Shown: in pieces, positions 6,667 to 14,487 of the stretch | Numbering within the stretch: position 1 is the stretch's first letter | How the letters are laid out: each line of letters starts with the position of its first letter | Origin: an uncultured Prevotellaceae bacterium | GTDB lineage: Bacteria; Bacteroidota; Bacteroidia; Bacteroidales; Bacteroidaceae | Length of the DNA: 64,000 bases | Direction of reading: 5' to 3' | Assembly: GCA_946402905.1 (NCBI GenBank) | Contig: CAMIYC010000005.1 | Location: forward strand, 46,042 to 110,041 | Made by a program: the position numbers and the translations under genes | The notes under the pieces: model-generated | Database searches by the model: none | What the model was told of the DNA's origin: nothing | The model's input: only the letters and a program-made list of their open reading frames with translations

Positions 6667-9597
6667 TCACTTCACCACAAAGTCAAGCACCTGCAGGTCG
6701 CTCTCTCGTGACGAAGGCCCATACAAAATCTGATACCGCCCGCTGCGGGTGGACAGCTCGTCGATCGAAGGGTCATAATACTCAAACGCCTCGCCGTCGA
6801 GTGTGATCACGGCCTTGCCCTTCTCGCCAGGAGCCAGGCGCAGCTTTTGGAAGCCCTTCAGCGACTTGATCGGAGCGTCGGCATAGTCGAGGGCTTTCAC
6901 ATACACCTCCACGATCTCGTCTCCGGCCACGCTCCCGGTGTTCTTCACAGGCACGGTGAGCGTCACACTGCCGTCATGGCGCATCCAACGGCGCGAGAGT
7001 TTGCCCTTGCCGTAGGCGAAAGTGGTATACGACAGACCGTAGCCGAAAGCGTAGAGCGGAGTGCCGCGGAAGTAGCGGTAGGTGCGGTTGTCCATGCTAT
7101 AGTCGAGGAAGTCGGGCAGGTCGTCGTTGGAGCGGTAGAACGTGACGGGCAGTTTCCCGCTGGGGTTGTAATCGCCGAAGAGCACGTCGGCAAGTGCCTT
7201 GGCACCACCCTGGCCGGCATACCACGCCTGGAGCAGTGCATCGTATTCTCCCTCGATGCTGCCGAAGGCGATGGCCGAGCCGGAGCAGTTGACCAGCACC
7301 ACCGGCTTGCCCGTGCTGTGCATCGCACGCACCAGACGCTGCTGCACGCGCGGCAGCTCGATGTCGGCCTTGTCGCCGCCCTCGCCTTCCATCTGGGCGG
7401 AGATGCCGCCGATCACGATGATGGCGTCGGCACGGCTCACCTCGCGGGCCAGGTCGCTGAAGTCGGCCAGGTTGCGCTCGCAGATGTCGCCGCGGAGCAT
7501 GGCAAACTGGCCGTTGCCACGTTTGTATTCGATCACCACGTCGTAGGTCTCGCCTTCCTTCACCTCAAACGACTTGTATTCCACCTGACGGCGGAAAAAA
7601 CCGCCGCGGCCGCCGGGCTTACCCTCTTCCACCACCTTGCCGTTCACTTTCAGCAGATAGCCGTTGTCGGTAGCAAGCGTGTATTTCATCTCGCCGCTGA
7701 AGGTGGCTTTGTACGTGCCGGAGACACGTACCGACAGACTGTCGTTGTTGATGCCCTCGGCGAAACCCCAGGCACCGAAGGTGGAGAAGTTGAGCTCCTT
7801 GTAGTACCCGGTCTTGTCGGGCTGGCCGCTCAGCTCCTTGTTGTTGTAAAACTCCACATACACGCCACGGCCGTCGTTGAAGTCTTGCAGGTGGTGCACG
7901 GTGGTGTATTCGTCGGCCAGCTCGCAGGCTTTGTGGTAGATCACCTCGGTGCCGGGAACGGCGCGCTTGATGCCGTCGAGCAGCGTGTGCGTGTGGGCCT
8001 TGGTCGGGGTGCCGCCGTAGTTGCCGTTGAGCATGCTGGCGTCGGCAGCGTTGGGACCTACCACGGCGATGGTCTTCAGCGACTTCGAGAGGGGAAGCAC
8101 ACCGTCGTTCTTCAGCAGCACCATCGACTCGCGGGCGGCCTCTGTGGCCAGGGAGTCGTGACGCTCGCTGCTGATGGTCTCAGGACCGATGCCGGACCAT
8201 GGCAGCATCTCGGCGGGGTCGAACATGCCCAGCTCCATGCGGCCCAGCAGGGTCTTGCGCAGGTGACCGTCGAGCACCGACTCCTGGATGAGACCTTGCT
8301 TCAGGGCCTCGGTGAGCACCATGAACACCTTGCCGCACTCCAGGTCGGTGCCGTTCATGACAGCGTCGACCGAGGCGGAAAGTGGGTCGGGGTGGGTCTC
8401 ATGCTGACCCTTGTTGTAGAAGTTGTTGATGGCGTCGCAGTCGGTCAGCACGATGGCGTCGTAGCCCCACTTACGGCGCAGGATGTCTACCAGCAGACGG
8501 TCGCTCGTGCAGCAGGGCACACCCTCGTAGCGGTTGTAGGCGCACATCACCTCGCGCACGTTGCCTTTCTGCACCAGGGCCTTGAAGGCGGGCAGATAGG
8601 TCTCCCACAGGTCGCGCATCGACACCGTGGCGTTATAGCGGTGGCGCAGGGGCTCCGGACCGCTGTGCACGGCGTAGTGCTTGGCGCAGGCGTGGGTCTT
8701 GAAGTAGCGGTCGTCGGTGCCCTGCATGCCCAGCACGGTCTGCACGCCCAGCACGGCGTTCAGGTAGGGGTCTTCGCCGCAGGTCTCCTGGCCGCGGCCC
8801 CACCGGGGGTCACGGAAGATGTTGACGTTGGGGCACCAGAAGGTCAGTTCGGGGTTGCCGGGGTAATAGGTCGCGCCCATCGGCACGTTGAACACGTTGT
8901 GGTCGGAGCGGTTCCAGTTGGCGCGGGCCTCGTCGGAGACGGTAGAGAAGACTTCATACATCTGCTGGGGGTTGAAGGCGGCGGCCATGCCGATGGGCTG
9001 GGGATAGACGGTGTAGCCGTCCTGGCGCACACCGTGGCAGGCCTCGCTCCACCAGTTGTAGGAGGGGATGCCCAGGCGGTCCACCGACACCGACTTGTTC
9101 ATCATCAGGCCCACCTTCTCTTCGGGGGTGAGCAGCGAGAGCAGGTTCTCTACGCGTTCTTCAAAGGTGAGACTGGGGTTGCGGAAGGGGTAGGCGTGGT
9201 CGGGGGCAAAGGCTTGCTGACTGTCGCTCACGATGGCTTTCACCGAGAGTGCACCCAGGGTCTTGCCCGCACCGTCGAGCAGCTCCACGCTGCGGTAGGT
9301 CTTGCCACGCTGGGCGATGGGAGAGAAGGACACCATCACCTCGGCCTTGCCGCCGGGCTGGATGGCAGTGGTGGGGTAGAAGGCCTTGATGCACTCGCAA
9401 CTGGCGATCGCTTGGCCGATGACGACGGCTTCTCGCGAGTGGTTCTCCAGCGTGAATCGGTGGCACAGGGCACCGTCGGCGGCTTCTATCCGGCCGAAGT
9501 CCCATTCGTAGGTGTCAAATCTTACAGGGCTTTTCTGTTGTGCCTGCATGGCCATGGCCAGCAGCGCGAGCATCATGAGGGATAATGTCTTTTTCAT
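6667..9597 (-). CDS. GH3 beta-glucosidase/beta-xylosidase with an N-terminal DUF1573 Ig-like domain and an inserted PA14 domain
   Basis: Signal peptide MKKTLSLMMLALLAMAMQAQ from the ATG at 9597. DUF1573 pattern: YEWDFGRIE..FTLENHS..SCECIKA..IQPGGKAEVMVSF. GH3 motifs: KHYAVHSGPE, VLTDCDAI. PA14-like region: VEFYNNKELSGQP. Confidence 0.8.
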   Translation of the reverse strand: MKKTLSLMMLALLAMAMQAQQKSPVRFDTYEWDFGRIEAADGALCHRFTLENHSREAVVIGQAIASCECIKAFYPTTAIQPGGKAEVMVSFSPIAQRGKTYRSVELLDGAGKTLGALSVKAIVSDSQQAFAPDHAYPFRNPSLTFEERVENLLSLLTPEEKVGLMMNKSVSVDRLGIPSYNWWSEACHGVRQDGYTVYPQPIGMAAAFNPQQMYEVFSTVSDEARANWNRSDHNVFNVPMGATYYPGNPELTFWCPNVNIFRDPRWGRGQETCGEDPYLNAVLGVQTVLGMQGTDDRYFKTHACAKHYAVHSGPEPLRHRYNATVSMRDLWETYLPAFKALVQKGNVREVMCAYNRYEGVPCCTSDRLLVDILRRKWGYDAIVLTDCDAINNFYNKGQHETHPDPLSASVDAVMNGTDLECGKVFMVLTEALKQGLIQESVLDGHLRKTLLGRMELGMFDPAEMLPWSGIGPETISSERHDSLATEAARESMVLLKNDGVLPLSKSLKTIAVVGPNAADASMLNGNYGGTPTKAHTHTLLDGIKRAVPGTEVIYHKACELADEYTTVHHLQDFNDGRGVYVEFYNNKELSGQPDKTGYYKELNFSTFGAWGFAEGINNDSLSVRVSGTYKATFSGEMKYTLATDNGYLLKVNGKVVEEGKPGGRGGFFRRQVEYKSFEVKEGETYDVVIEYKRGNGQFAMLRGDICERNLADFSDLAREVSRADAIIVIGGISAQMEGEGGDKADIELPRVQQRLVRAMHSTGKPVVLVNCSGSAIAFGSIEGEYDALLQAWYAGQGGAKALADVLFGDYNPSGKLPVTFYRSNDDLPDFLDYSMDNRTYRYFRGTPLYAFGYGLSYTTFAYGKGKLSRRWMRHDGSVTLTVPVKNTGSVAGDEIVEVYVKALDYADAPIKSLKGFQKLRLAPGEKGKAVITLDGEAFEYYDPSIDELSTRSGRYQILYGPSSRESDLQVLDFVVK

Positions 9598-9740
9598 TGG
9601 GCTATCGTTGTTTTTTTTTGACAACAAATGTACTCATTTGGCTCGTCAAAACCAAATAAATACCCATTTTTTGACCACCGCTCCCCGTTTTTGTTACAGC
9701 ATGAAAAATCCTCGTAACTTTTACCATTCTCTTCGCTCTC

Positions 9741-9862
9741 CACCCCTCCCCCCTCGTCCTTGCCCCCTCGTCCTCGCCATCCCGTCTCCTCGCCATCCCG
9801 TCTCCTCGCCCCCGCGTCCTCGCCCCCGCGTCCTCGCCACCCCGTCTCCTCGCCCCCTCGTT
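9741..9862. repeat. C-rich tandem tract, about 7 copies of a 15-bp unit cccgYStcctcgcc
   Basis: Read directly. It shares the cgtcctcgcc core with the R2 hairpin arms. Confidence 0.85.
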
Positions 9863-9868
9863 CTGTAT

Positions 9869-9887
9869 GCTGCTGTATTACAGCAGC
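9869..9887. repeat. Short conserved hairpin H, copy 1 (gctgctgtattacagcagc)
   Basis: Preceded by gtat. Paralogs at 13554-13572 and 42542-42560 carry compensatory stem changes. Confidence 0.7.
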
Positions 9888-9911
9888 TCAAGCCCATCGC
9901 CCAAGCCCTTC

Positions 9912-10318
9912 TCACTTCGTCGCGATGCTCTTGAAGGCGGAGCCGAAGATCACATACTGGGTATTGCCCGCGATGGTGCCCTCGTTCTGTCCCCAGAGGA
10001 AGGGCCAGTCGTCGAAGTTCTCAAAATGGTCGGGATGACGGAAGAGCAGACCGGGGGCCACATTGCTGGGGATGAACGAGAAGTCGGCGCGGTTGTTGCC
10101 ATAAAACACCTGCTTGGGGCGGGCGGCGCCCACGGTGGGGCACGGCTGGCGGCGGCAAACATAGTGGCGGCGCGGAAGTCGAGGAACGGATTGCGGGTGG
10201 TGAAGGCCCACAGGTCGTCGGGGGTGCCGCTCGACTTGCCGTCGGCCGACACTTCGTAGGGCTTCAGACGGGGGTCGTAGTGCAGGCCGTCGGTGATCGA
10301 GGCGCCCTCGCCCGCCAC
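9912..10318 (-). pseudogene. Frameshifted 3' remnant of an unidentified protein gene
   Basis: Protein-like translation runs in one frame (..ITDGLHYDPRLKPYEVSADGKSSGTPDDLWAFTTRNPFLDF..). Near about 10140 it switches to another frame (..VFYGNNRADFSFIPSNVAPGLLFRHPDHFENFDDWPFLWGQNEGTIAGNTQYVIFGS..*). There is no plausible N-terminus, and the 5' side abuts repeat R1. Confidence 0.5.
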
Positions 10319-10347
10319 TAATTGCTGACGCCCTCGCTCCCACTACC

Positions 10348-10440
10348 CTCGGGCGGATTTGCTCGGGCGGATTTGCAATCCGCCCGCATTGAGTATAAGC
10401 ATTTGCAATGCGCTTCCCCATATCACAAATGCGTTTCCCC
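10348..10440 (+). repeat. Repeat module R1, copy A (core 10362-10413: ctcgggcggatttgcaatccgcccgcattgagtataagcatttgcaatgcgc)
   Basis: Contains the palindrome gggcggatttgcaatccgccc. Paralogs lie at 14309-14360 (same orientation) and at 15073-15150 and 21288-21338 (inverted). Confidence 0.85.
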
Positions 10441-10475
10441 ACGAACAACCCCCTAATATTCAAGATTTTATGTTA

Positions 10476-10597
10476 GATTTTGAAAGATTATGAGCGCAGT
10501 CAACTCTGGGAACGTGGACGTCCTCGCCCGCATCTGCGGCGGGCGAGGACGCCCACGTTCCCAGGCAAAGTAGTGAAATAACAGCTTAGTTATATAG
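10476..10597 (+). repeat. Repeat module R2, copy A (uninterrupted), with a 26-bp-arm hairpin at 10505-10563
   Basis: Near-identical to 21478-21600: ..agtcaactctgggaacgYgg.cgtcctcgcccgc atctgcg gcgggcgaggacgccc.cgttcccaggcaaagtagtgaaataacagcttagttatatag. Confidence 0.85.
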
Positions 10598-10716
10598 AAG
10601 CGATCCTAAAAAACGAGCTATGACTGAGTAATAACTATCAGCACAAAAGTAACTAAAATTCTTAAATTCTAAAATTCTTGATAAAAAAAGAACAGCCTAC
10701 TTCTGTGACGTGAAAA

Positions 10717-11178
10717 TCATGAGATCCGGTCGATGCGAAGGCGCATGATGCCGGCGGGGACGCCTACCGTGACCACAGCCCCCACCTTCTTCCCCATCAG
10801 GGCTTGGGCGATGGGCGACTTCACCGAGATCTTCCCCTCTTGGATATTAGCCTCATGAGGACTCGCGATGGTGTAGGTCATCGTAGCGTTGGTGGCCAGG
10901 TTGGTCATCTCCACCTTGCTCAGCAGCTTCACGTCGTCGCCGCTGAGTCGCGACATGTCGAGCACGCGGGCGTGGGCCAACACACGCTGCTTGAAACGTA
11001 TCCGGCCCAGCAGACGGGCCTGCTCGCGCTTGGCGGCATGGTATTCGAAGTTTTCGCTCAGGTCGCCCTTGTCGCGGGCCTCGGCGATAGCGTCACGCAC
11101 CTGAGGCAGTTCGACTGTCTCCAGCTGACGCAATTCGGCCACGAGTTTGTCGTAGCCTTCTTGTGACATATATTCCAT
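10717..11178 (-). CDS. greA: Transcription elongation factor GreA
   Basis: MEYMSQEGYDKLVAELRQLE..DLSENFEYHAAKREQ.. plus a C-terminal FKBP-like domain. The length of 153 aa is typical. Confidence 0.9.
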   Translation of the reverse strand: MEYMSQEGYDKLVAELRQLETVELPQVRDAIAEARDKGDLSENFEYHAAKREQARLLGRIRFKQRVLAHARVLDMSRLSGDDVKLLSKVEMTNLATNATMTYTIASPHEANIQEGKISVKSPIAQALMGKKVGAVVTVGVPAGIMRLRIDRIS

Positions 11179-11265
11179 ATTCAGTTTTTGTTTTATTCGG
11201 TCTCAGGACCCGGGGACCGCGGGCGTCCTCGCCCGCCCTCAGGAAAAAACCAGCCCTCGCCCCCC

Positions 11266-11349
11266 TAGTCTCCTTAGTCTCCCTAGCATCTCTAGCATCC
11301 CTAGTAATACTAGTCCTCCTAGATATACTAGTCCTCCTATCTCTCCTAA
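11266..11349. repeat. Strict 9-bp periodic tract; each unit begins with TAG
   Basis: tagtctcct tagtctccc tagcatctc tagcatccc tagtaatac tagtcctcc tagatatac tagtcctcc tatctctcc. Unit starts fall at 11266, 11275, ... 11329. Confidence 0.9.
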
Positions 11350-11363
11350 CAGAAGTTTACTTC

Positions 11364-12383
11364 TCACTCCGTCATCAAGGCATGGAAGATGGCCAACTTG
11401 TCCTTGGCAGCCCGCTTGTCATAGAAGCCGTCGTCCGTCTCGTCATAGTTGGCTTTGATCTCTATGCACTCGCCGTTCTCGTCGAAGTAGTATCGGCATT
11501 CAGAGGTGTTGCCTTCCTCCTGGCTGCGTGTGTAGGAGAAGGTGAGGTCTTCGCCCTCTGGGTCGAAGAGATACTCCGTATACGCGTCGAATGACATGGA
11601 GTGGATCTTCTCGCTGATGAAATAGCACCGCTCGTCGAAGAAGAATTCAATCACCGACGTCCTGGGAGGCAGGTCGTCACCCTGGTCATGGATGGTGATG
11701 GTCAGCTCGTTGGGCAGCTCCGCCTTTTCGTTCTGAGCGATTCGCTCCTTGGCCTTTGCGTAGTCAGCCCTGATCTTCTGCATCCTCTTGGCCTTGGGGG
11801 TGACAGGCTTCTCAGGGGCATCGGTATCCGGGGAAGTGAAGTCGCCATCGGCATTGACTATGTTGAAGATCTTGAGGTAATCCTTCGTCCCCTCCATTTC
11901 ACTTTCACCGGTGGTCCAGGTGTTGGAGGTGTTGTGCTTCGCCTCGATACACTTCCCGCTGGCGTCATAGTAATACCTCGACTCCACCACGAAGCCGGCA
12001 TGGGTCTCCCCCCTCATGTAGCAGAACATCACCTGCTGGTCGGTGGGGTTGATCAAAGCCTCGCTGTAGCGGGTATGCCCGTTATTAGACCAGCTGTCGA
12101 CAATGAAATAAGGCTTCTTGGTGAGGACGCCATCGATGGTAGACTCATCAAAATAGTAGTCAATGGTGGTCATGTTGTACAGGTCTATCTCCTCGTCCCC
12201 ATCCTTGTTGACCACGATTCTCATGTCCTTGGGCGAGTGGCCGTTCTTGCCGTTACGGTCTATCTTCTTCTTGGCCAGCGCATAGGCCTCCCGTATCTCC
12301 TTGATACGGGAGTCCTTGTCGGTTTGGGCCTCGGTCATCGAGACGATGAGCAGGGCCGCCAGCAAAAGGGTCATCCGTCTCAT
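11364..12383 (-). CDS. Secreted hypothetical protein with an internal two-fold duplication
   Basis: Signal peptide MRRMTLLLAALLIVSMTEAQ. The two halves align: IREAYALAKKKI / IRADYAKAKERI; SRYYYDASGKCIEAK / CRYYFDENGECIEIK. Confidence 0.7.
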   Translation of the reverse strand: MRRMTLLLAALLIVSMTEAQTDKDSRIKEIREAYALAKKKIDRNGKNGHSPKDMRIVVNKDGDEEIDLYNMTTIDYYFDESTIDGVLTKKPYFIVDSWSNNGHTRYSEALINPTDQQVMFCYMRGETHAGFVVESRYYYDASGKCIEAKHNTSNTWTTGESEMEGTKDYLKIFNIVNADGDFTSPDTDAPEKPVTPKAKRMQKIRADYAKAKERIAQNEKAELPNELTITIHDQGDDLPPRTSVIEFFFDERCYFISEKIHSMSFDAYTEYLFDPEGEDLTFSYTRSQEEGNTSECRYYFDENGECIEIKANYDETDDGFYDKRAAKDKLAIFHALMTE

Positions 12384-13258
12384 GCCTTTTCGCCTATAGT
12401 GATCACATATTCGCTCATGAATGATGCGCCGGGCATCAGGTGATTGATGAGCGGCTTGTCTCTGAACTCACCCTTGTAGCCACGTGGGTCGCCCACGCCA
12501 TACCACGGTTCGAGGCAAACGAAGGGAGCGTTTTTCTTATAAGGGCTCCAGAATGCGATGATGGGGCATTTATAACTGAGGCTCACGGCCACGCTGCCGT
12601 CGGGGTTGAGCAGTTCCACGCAGCCCGTCTGACTCTTATGCAGCTTCACCGAGTCGTGGGCGAAAAACTCGTCGTCGAAGCTGATCAGTCCATCCTTGGA
12701 GGCGATCTCCACCTCCTCCATCTCCACCGAACCGTCGATATGGCTCTTCAGGCCCTGCAGCTTTCCTTGGTTGTCCACACGAAGCACCCCTTTGAGTGGC
12801 TCGCCGGCCTCGCATCCTGGGGCATAGAAGGCGGGATGGCCGCCTATCTGGAAGTGCATCTCGCGCTTGCCGGTGTTCTCCACGTGCCAGACGACGTGTA
12901 TCTTGTTGTCGTCGAGGCGGTAGCTCACAGCCAGGTTGAAGGGGAACGGGTATACTTTGAGGGTCTCCTCGCTTTCGTGGAGGGCGAAGACCGCTTTGTG
13001 TTCCGACTGTGCCACGAGTGTGAATTCAGTGTCGCGTGCGAAGCCATGTCGTGGCAGATGATATTCTTTACCGTCGACGCAGTAGGTGTCGTCCTCCACG
13101 CTGCACACGATAGGGAAGAGGATGGGCGAGTGTCTTGGCCAGTACTCAGGGTCGGCCTGCCATAAGTATTCGCGTCCTTCGTTGTCGATGATGCTTTGTA
13201 GTTCAGCTCCCATCTTTGCCACTTTCACGGTCAGCTGGTTGTTTTTCAGTTCTATCAT
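12380..13258 (-). CDS. Aldose 1-epimerase family protein (LacX-like)
   Basis: YLWQADPEYWPRHSPILFPIV..LPRHGFARD..GGHPAF motifs. ATGA overlap with the downstream gene. Confidence 0.8.
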   Translation of the reverse strand: MIELKNNQLTVKVAKMGAELQSIIDNEGREYLWQADPEYWPRHSPILFPIVCSVEDDTYCVDGKEYHLPRHGFARDTEFTLVAQSEHKAVFALHESEETLKVYPFPFNLAVSYRLDDNKIHVVWHVENTGKREMHFQIGGHPAFYAPGCEAGEPLKGVLRVDNQGKLQGLKSHIDGSVEMEEVEIASKDGLISFDDEFFAHDSVKLHKSQTGCVELLNPDGSVAVSLSYKCPIIAFWSPYKKNAPFVCLEPWYGVGDPRGYKGEFRDKPLINHLMPGASFMSEYVITIGEKA

Positions 13259-13410
13259 ATCACAAATATTTTAGTTTTTTAAAGATCCTTTTCTCTACAC
13301 ATGAATACCATGCCCATGCCGGCATCCGATCTCATGTGCAAATATACAATTTATTTTCCATTCCCTCCCCCTTTACACCAAAAAAAATCCCCCGAGCTTT
13401 TGAAGCGACC

Positions 13411-13545
13411 AGCCCCGCCCCCTCCACCATCCCCCTCCCATCGTCCCCTCCTTCGCCCTCCCATCGTCCTCCTCCCGTCGCCCCTCCTTCTCCCCTTTCG
13501 TCCCCCCCCTCCATTCCCCCTCCCTCGCCCCTTTCGTCCCCCGCG
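13411..13545. repeat. C-rich low-complexity tract (at least 15 runs of C3 or longer on the + strand)
   Basis: Read directly. It is immediately followed by hairpin H, copy 2. Confidence 0.85.
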
Positions 13546-13553
13546 TTCAGTAT

Positions 13554-13572
13554 GCTGCTGCATTGCAGCAGC
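13554..13572. repeat. Hairpin H, copy 2 (gctgctgcattgcagcagc)
   Basis: Same context (cagtat + hairpin) as copies 1 and 3. The loop-proximal pair changes from ta to cg on both arms. Confidence 0.7.
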
Positions 13573-13708
13573 CTGAAAAATAAAGAAAAGTTTTGTAGGT
13601 TCTCATTTTTTTACTATCTTAGCAGCCCGATGTGCCGCCTTGCACGATGGTATGCAGCCATCCCGGCGCAGAAGTAAAAAAAGTTGAACGAAAAACATTT
13701 CCCAGATC

Positions 13709-14257
13709 ATGAGCACCAGATGTAATATCGCAATCAAGTTGAAGGAGAAAGACTTGAACAAGGAGTTGACTTGCGACGGTATCCATTTCCAGAACACCAA
13801 GGCTGACTATCCCTTTATGGAGGTGTATTGCCACCACGACGGCTACCCCGAGAATGCCAAGGACTTCTTCTTCAACAGAGCCAGGCTCACCGACTACGAA
13901 TCAGTGCTCAACTATGTCCTTCAAGGTGACAGGACTTCGTTTGAGACCTCTTACATGGAGAGTGGTGAACAGTGGCCCGACAACCGGCCGTATATGTTTG
14001 CGTCGATCGAAGGTGACATCCCCGAACAGTATTATTACATCTTCATGGATGGCAAGTGGTATTACAAGGAGCGCAGTTCCGACAATGACCAGCCGATGGA
14101 CTGGATAGAGCTCGTGCCCGACGCACCGGCGGCTCCTCTCCCCGGCGACCCCGACTTCGAATACATCGCCCGCGAGATCAAGGCACTGGTCGAAAGACTG
14201 ACCGACGGAAAATACACCACCACCAACCTGACCAAGGAAATCCTGACGCGTAAATAG
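13709..14257 (+). CDS. Hypothetical cytoplasmic protein (no family recognised)
   Basis: 182-aa ORF with normal composition (MSTRCNIAIKLK..VYCHHDGYPENAKDFF..). No signal peptide. Flanked by repeats and followed by a terminator. Confidence 0.55.
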   Translation: MSTRCNIAIKLKEKDLNKELTCDGIHFQNTKADYPFMEVYCHHDGYPENAKDFFFNRARLTDYESVLNYVLQGDRTSFETSYMESGEQWPDNRPYMFASIEGDIPEQYYYIFMDGKWYYKERSSDNDQPMDWIELVPDAPAAPLPGDPDFEYIAREIKALVERLTDGKYTTTNLTKEILTRK

Positions 14258-14308
14258 CTCCACTCTCTCCACCCACCCCCGGCGCTCAGGCGCTCGGACG
14301 CTCGGACG

Positions 14309-14360
14309 CTCGGGCGGATTTGTAATCCGCCCGCATTGAGTATAAGCATTTATAATGCGC
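14309..14360 (+). repeat. Repeat module R1, copy B
   Basis: ctcgggcggatttgtaatccgcccgcattgagtataagcatttataatgcgc. Preceded by short cgctcggacg direct repeats. Confidence 0.85.
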
Positions 14361-14420
14361 TTTACCATTAACCACCCACCGCATCGCAAAAAAACAACTC
14401 AGAAAAAAACAAAAGAATAC

Positions 14421-14455
14421 AAAAAAAGGATGGATGCTGCATCCATCCTTTTTTC
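14421..14455. terminator. Bidirectional rho-independent terminator
   Basis: The stem ggatggatg / catccatcc is flanked by an A-run on one side and a T-run on the other. It lies between the convergent 14257 (+) and 14488 (-) ends. Confidence 0.75.
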
Positions 14456-14487
14456 TCTGACCCTTCCAGGCAAGCCCGGAGCACCGG

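Noticed and set aside
6327-6806. Pro/Ser-rich ORFs translated from the C-rich tracts (also 9512-9934, 9760-10038, 13216-13677, 13301-13576)
   Set aside because: The 'proteins' are direct translations of degenerate tandem DNA repeats (PSLRAPSQSP.., PRPRHPVSSP..). They have no start context or domain and were treated as non-coding repeats.
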